Source: Candidatus Staskawiczbacteria bacterium (lineage in GTDB: Bacteria > Patescibacteriota > Minisyncoccia > Minisyncoccales > Staskawiczbacteraceae). Taken from it: a stretch of 56,971 nt of DNA. Position numbers and translations under genes: made by a program. Shown one piece after another: positions 16,958 to 26,332 of this stretch (the first letter of the stretch is position 1; each line of letters opens with the position of its first letter). The notes beneath the pieces are model-generated. The model had not been told where the DNA came from. It did not search any database and worked only from the letters and a program-made list of their open reading frames with translations. Location of the stretch: NCBI GenBank assembly GCA_026395215.1, contig JAPLZC010000010.1, positions 206,150 through 263,120 on the forward strand. Direction: 5' to 3'.

Positions 16958-18166
16958 TTATCTATTTTTTAATGCGTCTCGGGCGATTTGGCGATCGTCC
17001 CACGGAATTTTTTTGCCGTTTTCCAAACACATCCAGGGCTCTGACCCCTTTCCAGTAATTACAACAACCTCCCCAGGTTGCGCAAGTTTTATTGCAGTAT
17101 TTATTGCTTCTTTTCTATCTAATATTATTTGGGCTTTAGGACCAGCTGTTTTAGCAACCTCATTTATAATTTCCATTGGCTCTTCATCATACGGATCTTC
17201 ATTGGTGATTATAATTTCTTTACAATATTTTCCTGCCAGTTCTCCCAACACCGGCCTTTTCCATTTATCTCTCCCGCCCCCGCAAGACCCCAAAACACAA
17301 ACCATATTTTCATCCTTAAAAGTTTTATAAACGGCTTCAAGTTGTTCTGGGGTGTGCGCATAATCTACAACAACCTTTATGGGAGTTTCGGCCACAATTT
17401 CCATTCTACCTGGAATACCGGGATACCCTTTGGGTCTTTTTTCCAGTGCCCTTTTGCTTACTGTGTCGTCAATCCCATAAGCTCTGGCAACAGAAATTGC
17501 AGCCATTGCGTTCATTAAGTTAAACTCTCCCTCCATATTTAATTTAATTCCAGCGTCTTTGGCATCTTCCATACAAAATTCTACTATTTTGTTTGCGGGA
17601 ATATCCAAAAAGTATTTTGCATTTTGGTCATCTGCGTTTATAACGTGTATATTTTTTGTCACTTTAAAAAGTTTGAGTTTTTCGTTTCTATAATTTTCAA
17701 AACCTCCATGGCTTTCAATGTGCTCGGGAGTTAGGTTTGTAAAAACAGCGCAATCAAAATTTATAAACTTGTGCCTAAATTGTCTAATTCCCTCTGATGT
17801 CACTTCTAAAACAACATATTTACAACCTGCCCTTCTCGCCTGTGCTAAAAATTTCTGAATCACAAAACGCCCGGGCATTGTCATCTTATACTTGTTCTCC
17901 CACTCTTTATTGGCAACTTTAAATCTTATTGAAGAAAGCGAAGCAACTTTTTCTCCTTTCTCTTCTAAAATTCTTGTAATAAAATCTGTAGTTGTTGATT
18001 TCCCGCTGGTTCCCGTAACCCCAATTATTTTCATGTTTTTGTTATGGAAAACCCTGCCTGCCGGCAGGCAGGCAAAAAACACAGCCCCAATTAAAGCCCA
18101 ACAAAAATGATAGCCTCTCAACAGAAATTTCGGTATAAATTTTTTAATTATTTCTTTAAAAGTCAT
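16958..18166 (-). CDS. murE: UDP-N-acetylmuramoyl-tripeptide synthetase (MurE-like)
   Basis: GVTGTSGKSTT, LEVTS, FTNLTPEH, GRME, VDYAHTP, GGGRD, EDPYDE, GKG.E. Confidence 0.9.
   Translation of the reverse strand: MTFKEIIKKFIPKFLLRGYHFCWALIGAVFFACLPAGRVFHNKNMKIIGVTGTSGKSTTTDFITRILEEKGEKVASLSSIRFKVANKEWENKYKMTMPGRFVIQKFLAQARRAGCKYVVLEVTSEGIRQFRHKFINFDCAVFTNLTPEHIESHGGFENYRNEKLKLFKVTKNIHVINADDQNAKYFLDIPANKIVEFCMEDAKDAGIKLNMEGEFNLMNAMAAISVARAYGIDDTVSKRALEKRPKGYPGIPGRMEIVAETPIKVVVDYAHTPEQLEAVYKTFKDENMVCVLGSCGGGRDKWKRPVLGELAGKYCKEIIITNEDPYDEEPMEIINEVAKTAGPKAQIILDRKEAINTAIKLAQPGEVVVITGKGSEPWMCLENGKKIPWDDRQIARDALKNR
18053..18072. repeat. Perfect 20-nt palindrome in frame in murE
   Basis: CCTGCCTGCCGGCAGGCAGG; encodes ACLPAGR. 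Confidence 0.95.
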
Positions 18167-18241
18167 TATTTATAATTTAGCACACATTACACATAAAAAA
18201 AAGCCGACACGTTGTGCCAGCCATACTATTACAGAGCAAAT

Positions 18242-18451
18242 TCAATACCTTGGCTTTTCAACAAACCTACATTTTTTCTTATCCCAGACAAAGTCTCCGA
18301 TAGCTTTTTTTTCAAAATAAACTACAACACCGCCAAATGCCAGTTTTCGTACTGTATATTCAAAATCTCCCGCATGCAAGACACATATTTCGCACTTTAA
18401 TACTTTATACATATTCTGAGTCAAAAATCCCGCCAGCTGTTCGCTGTTCAT
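18242..18451 (-). CDS. Small orphan protein
   Basis: 69 aa ORF with SD AAGGAG, promoter TTGACA-17-TAGATT (18607-18635) and terminator at 18195-18221. Confidence 0.7.
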   Translation of the reverse strand: MNSEQLAGFLTQNMYKVLKCEICVLHAGDFEYTVRKLAFGGVVVYFEKKAIGDFVWDKKKCRFVEKPRY

Positions 18452-18484
18452 GAGTATGCTCCTTTACGTTGTTAATGGACTATC

Positions 18485-18596
18485 AAAAAGAAAACCTCTT
18501 TTTGAGAAGAGGCGTTTTATGATTTAAGTTGAAAACGCGCCTTCTCTAAGAGAGGTTAATAATGCTAATAATTATTGTAGAAAGCCTGTAATTCAT
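18485..18596 (-). promoter_or_regulatory. Attenuator-like leader: Ile-rich 16-codon ORF overlapping a terminator-like hairpin
   Basis: MNYRLSTIIISIINLS* at 18546-18596; long stem 18493-18557 followed by U-rich run. Confidence 0.45.
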
Positions 18597-18635
18597 GATT
18601 ATTTATAATCTACTCCAACCCACTTTGTTTGTCAA

Positions 18636-19193
18636 CTATTTACCTAAGGTTTTTAAGGCCTGCTTAATGCGCTCTTCGGGATCTTTAGCAGAAACTCGGC
18701 TTAGGGCGTCTTTGGCTTGTTGTTTGGAAAAACCAAGTTGTACTAAAGTATCTTCGGCGGGATCTGAAGAACCTTTTTTGTGACCATCTAGCATTTTTAT
18801 TTTACCTGTAAGCTCTAAAATTATTGTCATTGCTTTTTTAGCGCCAATACCCGGAACGCCCTCAAAGACTTTTTCGTCCTGTCTTAATATCCTGTCTTTT
18901 ATTTTTTCCAAAGAACCCAAGGCTGAAATATCTAAAGCTGACTTTGGCCCGACTCCGCGGATTTCCATCAATGTCTCAAAAAATTCCAAACCCTCGTAGG
19001 TTGAAAACCCGTATAAATCTAATGCTTCTTCTTTAACATTTTGATAGGTAAAAAGCTTGATTGGCTCGCCAATTGCTGGTAATGTTATTATGCTTTGCCT
19101 ATTCAAATAAACCTTGTAGCCAACATTATTGACTTCAAGTATAATAAACTTATCCCTCTTTAAAATAATTTTCCCACTTAAATAAGCTATCAT
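18636..19193 (-). CDS. ruvA: Holliday junction branch migration protein RuvA
   Basis: True start MIAYLSGK at 19193; VNNVGY, LYGF, GVGPKSAL, VPGIGAKKA..I.LEL. Confidence 0.95.
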   Translation of the reverse strand: MIAYLSGKIILKRDKFIILEVNNVGYKVYLNRQSIITLPAIGEPIKLFTYQNVKEEALDLYGFSTYEGLEFFETLMEIRGVGPKSALDISALGSLEKIKDRILRQDEKVFEGVPGIGAKKAMTIILELTGKIKMLDGHKKGSSDPAEDTLVQLGFSKQQAKDALSRVSAKDPEERIKQALKTLGK

Positions 19194-19206
19194 ACTTATA
19201 TAGTAT

Positions 19207-21171
19207 ATGAAATTTGAGTTAAAATCAAAATTTGAGCCTACGGGTGACCAGCCTCGGGCTATAAAACAGCTTACTGAGAATCTTGAAAATGGGGTAAAAG
19301 ACCAGGTGCTTTTGGGCGTCACGGGATCTGGCAAAACTTTCACAATGGCTAAGGTTATAGAAAAAATGCAAAAGCCAACTTTGATTATTTCACCTAACAA
19401 AACTTTAGCCGCCCAACTTTACCAGGAGATGAAAGAATTTTTCCCAAACAATGCGGTACACTATTTTGTTTCATATTATGACTACTATCAGCCTGAAGCC
19501 TATATCCCCCAGTCAGACACATATATAGAGAAGGATGCAAAAATTAATGAAGAAATAGACAGACTTAGGCACGCGGCAGTCCAAGATGTAACTGCAAGGA
19601 AAGATGTTATTGTGGTTGCCTCAGTTTCTTGTATTTACAACATTGGTTCACCGGAAAACTATGGGGGCACATCTTTAGAAATTAAGCAGGGACAAAAAAT
19701 TAAAAGGAAAGATTTCCTGTTTTTGCTAACCGGCTTGCAATATCAAAGAAATGATCTTGAGTTTAAACCCGGGACTTTTCGCGTTAGAGGAGACACGGTT
19801 GAAATTAATTTGGTAACTGGCGAAAAAATAGTACGTGTGGAATTTAACGGCGATAGTATCGCCCAAATCTCTGAATTATCACCCGATTTAGTTAGTAGCC
19901 AGAAGTTAGTAGTTAGCAGTTACCGTCTATTCCCCGCAACCTTTTGGGTAGCCCCACAAGAAAAATTAAAAATTGCTATTAACAATATAAAACTTGAATT
20001 AAAAGATCAGCTGGCAAAATTAAAAAAGATCGGAAAAAATTTAGAGGCTGAAAGATTGGAACAGAGAACAAATTATGATTTGGAAATGTTGGAAGAAACC
20101 GGCCGATGCCAAGGTATAGAAAATTATTCTTCCCATATGGAATTTAGAAAACCCGGACAAGCCCCCTTCTCTCTGGTAGATTATTTTGGTTACTTTAATA
20201 AAAATGACTCTTTGATGTTTATAGATGAATCACACATTTCTATTTCTCAAATTCGGGCAATGTCAGTGCAAGATAAAATAAGGAAACAAACACTTATTGA
20301 TTTTGGCTTCCGCTTGCCGTCTGCCATTGATAACCGACCATTAAATTTTAAAGAATTTGAAGAAAGGCAAAAGCAAACTATTTATGTTTCAGCAACTCCG
20401 GCTGACTTTGAAAAGCAAAAAGCCGACAATAATATAATAGAACAATTAATCAGGCCAACTGGTTTGCTAGAGCCATCAATAGAAATTAAAAAAACTGAAA
20501 ACCAAATTAAAGATTTAGTGGAGGAAATAAAAAAACAGGTTGAGAAAAAACATAGGACATTGGTTGTAACTATCACAAAAAGACTGGCCGAAGAAATTTC
20601 TGACTACCTAACCGAACATGGCATAAAAACACAGTACTTACACTCTGAAATAAAAACAATGGAAAGGCCAAAAATATTAAAAGATTTCAGAGAGGGTAAA
20701 TATGACGTGCTGGTTGGAATAAACTTATTGAGAGAAGGGCTAGATTTGCCAGAGGTTTCTTTGGTGGCAATTTTAGATGCCGACAAAGAAGGCTTTTTGA
20801 GAAACGAAACAACATTAATACAAACAATGGGCAGAGCTGCGCGCCACATAAATGGCCGTGTAATTTTGTACGCTGACAAAACAACCACCTCAATGAGGTC
20901 GGCTATTAATGAAATAACTAGAAGAAGAAAAATTCAAGAAGACTATAATAAGAAAAATAATATAACCCCAACAACAATAATATCTGGCATCCGCGACTGG
21001 GGCTTTTACAAAAACCCTTCGACAAGCTCAGGGCAAGAGAGTATCAGTGAGGAATTTTTTGCAATTCATGACAAAAAACTTTTAGAAAAAGAAATGAAAA
21101 TCGCCGCCAAAAATTTAGATTTTGAAAGAGCGGCAGAGATAAGAGATCTAATAAAAAAACTGGGAAAATAA
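19207..21171 (+). CDS. uvrB: Excinuclease ABC subunit B
   Basis: PTGDQP, LGVTGSGKT, YYDYYQPEAY, DESH, GINLLREGLD, C-terminal UVR domain. Confidence 0.98.
   Translation: MKFELKSKFEPTGDQPRAIKQLTENLENGVKDQVLLGVTGSGKTFTMAKVIEKMQKPTLIISPNKTLAAQLYQEMKEFFPNNAVHYFVSYYDYYQPEAYIPQSDTYIEKDAKINEEIDRLRHAAVQDVTARKDVIVVASVSCIYNIGSPENYGGTSLEIKQGQKIKRKDFLFLLTGLQYQRNDLEFKPGTFRVRGDTVEINLVTGEKIVRVEFNGDSIAQISELSPDLVSSQKLVVSSYRLFPATFWVAPQEKLKIAINNIKLELKDQLAKLKKIGKNLEAERLEQRTNYDLEMLEETGRCQGIENYSSHMEFRKPGQAPFSLVDYFGYFNKNDSLMFIDESHISISQIRAMSVQDKIRKQTLIDFGFRLPSAIDNRPLNFKEFEERQKQTIYVSATPADFEKQKADNNIIEQLIRPTGLLEPSIEIKKTENQIKDLVEEIKKQVEKKHRTLVVTITKRLAEEISDYLTEHGIKTQYLHSEIKTMERPKILKDFREGKYDVLVGINLLREGLDLPEVSLVAILDADKEGFLRNETTLIQTMGRAARHINGRVILYADKTTTSMRSAINEITRRRKIQEDYNKKNNITPTTIISGIRDWGFYKNPSTSSGQESISEEFFAIHDKKLLEKEMKIAAKNLDFERAAEIRDLIKKLGK
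19890..19924 (+). repeat. Heptamer tandem array inside uvrB
   Basis: AGTTAGT AGCCAGA AGTTAGT AGTTAGC AGTTACC; encodes VSSQKLVVSSY. Confidence 0.8.
21015..21037. repeat. CCCTTCGACAAGCTCAGGG element in frame in uvrB
   Basis: Imperfect palindrome encoding PSTSSGQ; related to 8735-8764. Confidence 0.75.
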
Positions 21172-21192
21172 CCCCAGTTTTTTAAATTTAAA

Positions 21193-21408
21193 TTATTTTT
21201 CTACCAATAGTTCCCTTACTTTTTTAATTGCTTTATCGCGCTCTTGGTTTAACAAAAAAACATTTTTAAGAACAGCTAAAAGCTCCAGCCTTTCTTCACG
21301 GTCCATTTTTGGCAATCCATCAAGCAAAAATTTCTCCTGCTCTTTGTTGATACCAAGCTTAGTTATAAACTCCTGAAAATTTTTATTTGATAAAAATGAT
21401 TTAGTCAT
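21193..21408 (-). CDS. Hypothetical protein
   Basis: 71 aa, 1 nt after upstream stop. Confidence 0.7.
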   Translation of the reverse strand: MTKSFLSNKNFQEFITKLGINKEQEKFLLDGLPKMDREERLELLAVLKNVFLLNQERDKAIKKVRELLVEK

Positions 21409-21409
21409 A

Positions 21410-23380
21410 TTATATTTCTTTTTTTACTACCGATTCCATAACAGCAAAAAACCAATCTAATAATCCATCCTTACGTTTCCAACAGTCTTTATAAAAGTTT
21501 CTACTTTTATTATTGTCCATTCTCTTTTTTAATTTTTCGGGGTTTATTCCTTTAACGCCGAGCTTTTCTGCTAAATAACCGCTTAAAATAGTCGCATCTT
21601 CCTCGGCTTCTCCCGTCAAATCTTGCAACCCACCCCCCCTTTCACCACTTTCATCAGCTATTGCATCTTTAGCCAGCTTAAAATACACATCAACCATTGA
21701 TGTTTTTTCCGGTTTATTAGCTTTACTTGTTTTTCCCTCTCCAAATTCTTTTTCTATTTTTTTCGCCCTAGCCGGAGTTTTCTCGACCGGTTTTTTTTCC
21801 GCTTCTTTTTTTATATATTCTTGGATTATTCTTTCTTTAGCTATCTGATATACTTTCTCAATTCCCCCTTCTGCCTTTTCAGGAGATTCTGCCAATTCTT
21901 TTATACGTCGCTCCATTTCTTCTTTAATTCTTTCAACACGATCTGTATCCCACATCTTTTCCAACTTTGCACGAGCCTGAGACTCAGAAAATTTATTATA
22001 ATCTCCACCGGCATTATCTACAAAATCAGCATATTCTTTCACATTCATTTCTTTATAAGATCCAGCCTGTGTTGGAACTTCCATTTTTTTCCCACCAAAC
22101 AATTGAAATCCCTTTTTCCTTATTTCGTGAGGTTTATACCCTTGTTCTAAGAGGCCATAAAATTGTTCTCCTTTTATTCCATTTTTATCGGCAAGCGTTA
22201 TTACACTTGCATGAAATAGGTCCCTATTAAATTTCTGGAATGCCTCTTCTTTTTCCTGAGCCGAAGCATATTTTTTGAATATTTCTATTTTGCCAACTTT
22301 ATTATCGTATGTTCTGTCAAATTCATACCGAGAAACTTCTAATTTAACTCCCAGCTTTTTTTGATATTTACTTCTCTGCTTTTCTGGAAGATTCAAATAT
22401 GCCTGGTATTCTTTATTAAACAATTCATTCTTTTTCTGATTTTGCTTTTCTTTTTCTCTTTGTCTTTGTCTTTCAACACCCTCTTCAATATATTTTTCTC
22501 TTGATCCATTAAACTTATCAATCCATTCAGTCGCCTTCACAGTTAAGTTTTCTCCCATTGTCTTTTCAGCAATTTCTTTCCTCATTAAAAATAATTCTTC
22601 GAGCTCTTTTGTTTTACTTGCAACAAAAATTTCTGCTGCCGCATCGCCTCCAAGCGCTTTTTCCTTTTGACTTTCAAGTTCCTTCTGCTCCTTTTCAAAT
22701 TTCTCCTGTAAATAATTTAGCAGCAAAAATGGTGTTTCCGGAGGGACATTGCCTTTTTTTATATCGGCCCTAAGCACTCCTATCCTGTCCATTCGCTCAC
22801 GCACTGTTTTATATTCTGGTTTGTTCACTTCTGCTGCAGCCCCCATACCACCTTTTTCTTTAGAACCCAAAACCAAACTGATTTTCCATTCATCGGAAGC
22901 ATTGTCGGGGATAACTCTTCCCTCCTTCTTCATTGCATCTTCGTTATTTCCAAACCACTCCAAGGCAAACTCTCTGTATAACCCATCGGCATCTTTAGCC
23001 AAAAAACCATCAGCGGCTTTTATTGTTCCGCTATCAACTTTAGTTGTCTCAACAATAATGCCTCTGACTATTTCATCTTCTTGTTTTTGAAAAAGATTTA
23101 TTTCAAGTTGTTCTTCGGTTTCAGCTTCTACTTTTTCTAAGGTGACTTCCGGTTTTGGTGCTTCTCCTTCGGGTTGTTTATCTGCTTTTTTTTCATTAAG
23201 AATTCTCTGTGCCGCTTCTGGCGTTAGCCCATTTATTTGTTTTTTAGTATAACCCTTCTCTGCTAACTGTTTTTCAATTGGACCACTAACCACTAGAGGA
23301 ATTTCCACAGGAAAATCGGCAGAATTTAATTCGCTAAAATCATTTTTCTGCTCGCTTGAACCTGGTTCTTTTTTTGCCAT
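21410..23380 (-). CDS. Large Glu/Lys-rich helical hypothetical protein
   Basis: 656 aa ORF, coiled-coil-like composition, no recognisable motif. Confidence 0.8.
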   Translation of the reverse strand: MAKKEPGSSEQKNDFSELNSADFPVEIPLVVSGPIEKQLAEKGYTKKQINGLTPEAAQRILNEKKADKQPEGEAPKPEVTLEKVEAETEEQLEINLFQKQEDEIVRGIIVETTKVDSGTIKAADGFLAKDADGLYREFALEWFGNNEDAMKKEGRVIPDNASDEWKISLVLGSKEKGGMGAAAEVNKPEYKTVRERMDRIGVLRADIKKGNVPPETPFLLLNYLQEKFEKEQKELESQKEKALGGDAAAEIFVASKTKELEELFLMRKEIAEKTMGENLTVKATEWIDKFNGSREKYIEEGVERQRQREKEKQNQKKNELFNKEYQAYLNLPEKQRSKYQKKLGVKLEVSRYEFDRTYDNKVGKIEIFKKYASAQEKEEAFQKFNRDLFHASVITLADKNGIKGEQFYGLLEQGYKPHEIRKKGFQLFGGKKMEVPTQAGSYKEMNVKEYADFVDNAGGDYNKFSESQARAKLEKMWDTDRVERIKEEMERRIKELAESPEKAEGGIEKVYQIAKERIIQEYIKKEAEKKPVEKTPARAKKIEKEFGEGKTSKANKPEKTSMVDVYFKLAKDAIADESGERGGGLQDLTGEAEEDATILSGYLAEKLGVKGINPEKLKKRMDNNKSRNFYKDCWKRKDGLLDWFFAVMESVVKKEI

Positions 23381-23464
23381 ATTTCAATTTTACCACTAAA
23401 AATCCAAAAGTCAAAACAAAAAAAATAGGACGACCGTTCGTCCTACATACTCGCCCAAATGGGC

Positions 23465-24958
23465 CTACGAGTTATTGTTTTTTGCAAACCTCCAGAAGTG
23501 TAACCTGTATACCCAGAATGTTACTGCTTCAGAAAAGGCTCGCCTATGCTTAAAAAATGCCAGCGACAATGTCCGCCAGTAATAAAAGCTGGTCCTAAAA
23601 CCGCCGAATATCCCTATGCGCCAGACAGATGAAAAAAATAAAGAAACGTCGCTTGCAGTCACTTTCCTGGCCACCTTTTTGGTGGTATTATATTCTCTCA
23701 GGAAAACACGTATTCTTTCATAGTATTCCCTAGGAGAATAGACTGTCTTTAAAACATCCTTGTATCCTTGTACAAGAGTTCCAACTGGCATTTTGCAAGC
23801 AAAGTTTGGCCGGCAATCAGTGTTATTACCCGATGCCTGTTCCTGTAATCTGCCTTCTTCCTCCATTTTTTTATACAGCAGACTTCCCTTGGAAGCCTGA
23901 AGCATACTAAGCATTGGGAAAATTATCCCTGTTTTCCGATAGAATTCAATATGCTGTTTGAAAATATCCGGGCCGTCGTGATCAAACCCAAAAATGAACC
24001 CAGACAGTGTAACTAAACCATGGTTATGAATTTTTTTTACGTCAGCACACATATCGCGGTTGACGTTTTGCGTTTTACCGCATTCAATAAGAGATTCCTT
24101 GTTGGGCGTTTCCAAACCTAGAAAAACCTTTTTGAATCCGGCCTTAACCATTAGATCCATTAGATCTTCGTCGTCAGCAAGAGTAATATCGGCTTCCACT
24201 GTGAATTCATACGGGTATTTGTGAGTAATCTGCCAACCAACAAGTCTTAGCAACATAGCTTTTACCTTTGCTTTGTTACCAATAAAATTGTCGTCGGCCA
24301 CCATGATTCCTCCTCTAAACCCCGTCTTGTACAGAGCGTCTAACTCGCGCAAAAATTGCTTCGGCAATTTTGCCCGCGGAGTGCGACCATTGAGATTAGC
24401 CACTGCACAAAATTCACACTTATATGGACAACCTCTCACAAATTGGACAAGCATAGATGCGTAATATCTTGGATTGATCAACCCCCACAAAGGGATTGGC
24501 GAAGCAGACATATCAGGGAAAGTGTTGGGCGGAGAAAGATAAACCTTTTTTGCCCTATACAACGCCAGATCATTCAAAAATTGTGGCATTATATTTTCCA
24601 CTTCTCCCAGCAGAAAATGCCTTACACTAGGAAATTCTTCACAGCCTTTTTCAAGGATTGGGCCTCCCATAACTACAGGGATTTCCATTCTTTCGCAACG
24701 CTTAAGCACTTCTTGCGTTGAATCATTTTGCGTTATCATGGCGCCGACAAAAACATAGTTTGCCCATCTGATATCTTCATCAGTGAGCTTACAAACGTTT
24801 AGGTCAACTAACTTCTTTTCCCATGATTCCGGAAGCATGGCAGCCACCGTAAGCAGTCCCAGCGGAGGGAAAGCTGCTCTTTTACCAATAATCCTCAGAA
24901 GGTATTTCCACCCCCAGAAGGTTACTTTGAACTCGGGATAAACCAAAAGGACTCTCAT
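23465..24958 (-). CDS. B12-binding radical SAM protein (DUF4070-type)
   Basis: PPLGLLTVAA N-terminus; RGCPYKCEFC (CxxxCxxC); DDNFIGN; terminator at about 23418-23446. Confidence 0.9.
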   Translation of the reverse strand: MRVLLVYPEFKVTFWGWKYLLRIIGKRAAFPPLGLLTVAAMLPESWEKKLVDLNVCKLTDEDIRWANYVFVGAMITQNDSTQEVLKRCERMEIPVVMGGPILEKGCEEFPSVRHFLLGEVENIMPQFLNDLALYRAKKVYLSPPNTFPDMSASPIPLWGLINPRYYASMLVQFVRGCPYKCEFCAVANLNGRTPRAKLPKQFLRELDALYKTGFRGGIMVADDNFIGNKAKVKAMLLRLVGWQITHKYPYEFTVEADITLADDEDLMDLMVKAGFKKVFLGLETPNKESLIECGKTQNVNRDMCADVKKIHNHGLVTLSGFIFGFDHDGPDIFKQHIEFYRKTGIIFPMLSMLQASKGSLLYKKMEEEGRLQEQASGNNTDCRPNFACKMPVGTLVQGYKDVLKTVYSPREYYERIRVFLREYNTTKKVARKVTASDVSLFFSSVWRIGIFGGFRTSFYYWRTLSLAFFKHRRAFSEAVTFWVYRLHFWRFAKNNNS

Positions 24959-25115
24959 GTTTGTCTCCTGTTTTTCTTACTACTCGGTTAGGTAGTCAAT
25001 AATGACAAAGAACGAAACGGTAGAGCAAACTACCACCTATAATATAACACGTGTTTACTACTATTGCAAAAAAAACTATTATCTGGTATTATATGTTTAT
25101 ATAAATTATATAACT

Positions 25116-25379
25116 ATGGCAATAACAGAATCAGCAAAAAAAGCAATCAGACAATCTGCCAAAAGACATGAGCAGAACGTAGTCTATAAGGACAAAATAA
25201 AAAAGCTTGTTAAAGAAGCTAGAGCTTTAGTTTTGGCAAAGAAAATGACCGAGGCAAAAAAGCTTTTACCGGAAATATATAAAGCTTTTGACAAGGCCGC
25301 CAAGGTTGGCGTAATCAAAAAAAATAATGCCTCAAGGCATAAGTCACGTCTCACAAAATTAATAGACAAAAAAATCTAG
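25116..25379 (+). CDS. rpsT: 30S ribosomal protein S20
   Basis: MAITESAKKAIRQ...DKAAKVGVIKKNNASRHKSRL; start refined to 25116. Confidence 0.95.
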   Translation: MAITESAKKAIRQSAKRHEQNVVYKDKIKKLVKEARALVLAKKMTEAKKLLPEIYKAFDKAAKVGVIKKNNASRHKSRLTKLIDKKI

Positions 25380-25396
25380 GGCAAACCTAGATTTTT

Positions 25397-26332
25397 TTAT
25401 ATTTCCGAAAGTAACAAGTCTAGCGCCGTCTCTGCCTCAATCTTCCCTGTTTTAATATCCGAATCTATCTGAAAAATTTTCCGGTAGATTTTTTTTAGTT
25501 GTTCCATTGTAAATTGATTGCACAAATATGAACTTTTCTGCACCACAAACGGATGTAACCCTGATTTCTTTGCAATTAACCCATACGGTTCTTTTTTATC
25601 TTGTAAATCTTTAATAATTAAAAGTGTCCTAAACTGATACGCAATCATGGACAAAAGATAAAGGGGAGCTTCCCCGTCGTCAAGATGCTTATGCAATAAA
25701 GACAATGCCGTTTTTTTATCTTTTGAGGCTACTGCCTCAATTGTTTTAAAAATTTCATTCTCTGTGTTTGGCCGTACCAAAAGCTCCACATCTTCTTTTT
25801 TTATGCTTTTTCCCAAACCATAATTAGACAGCTTATTTATTTCATTTGTCATTTGCCACAAGTCATTTCCCACAAAGTTTACCAGAAACTCCAGCGCGTC
25901 ATTATTTATTTTGGCGCCATGCGTTGCAAATTCTTTTACCACCCAATTTTTTGTTTTGGCAAAATCCAGTGGCTCAAACTCCTGACATTTAGCGCGTTTT
26001 TGAAGCTCTTTAAAGAGCTTGGTTCGTTTGTCAGCGACACAATCCTCATAGACAATAATAATATCTTTTGCGTTTTCCAACTCTTTTATATTTTCCAAAA
26101 AATCTTCAACAAATTTATCTTCTGCAAAAACATTACTTAAAATTATAAGTTTTTTCTCAGCAAACATTGAAGTAATTTTAAGCTCGCTGTAAAAATCTTT
26201 GAACTGTTTTTTTTCAACATCTATATATAATAAACTCAACCCGGATTTGTGCTTTTCCTTGTAACTCAAAATAATCTCATCTAACTTCCTTTTACTCCTA
26301 TATGAATCTTCCCCAAAAATAAAATAAATCAT
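25397..26332 (-). CDS. holA: DNA polymerase III delta subunit
   Basis: MIYFIFGED, SMFAEKKLIIL, GNDLWQMTNEINKL, HPFVVQK, DIKTG. Confidence 0.9.
   Translation of the reverse strand: MIYFIFGEDSYRSKRKLDEIILSYKEKHKSGLSLLYIDVEKKQFKDFYSELKITSMFAEKKLIILSNVFAEDKFVEDFLENIKELENAKDIIIVYEDCVADKRTKLFKELQKRAKCQEFEPLDFAKTKNWVVKEFATHGAKINNDALEFLVNFVGNDLWQMTNEINKLSNYGLGKSIKKEDVELLVRPNTENEIFKTIEAVASKDKKTALSLLHKHLDDGEAPLYLLSMIAYQFRTLLIIKDLQDKKEPYGLIAKKSGLHPFVVQKSSYLCNQFTMEQLKKIYRKIFQIDSDIKTGKIEAETALDLLLSEI

Noticed and set aside
19194-19400. N-terminal extension of RuvA in the ORF track
   Set aside because: Antisense to the uvrB 5' end; the RuvA family start is MIAYL at 19193.
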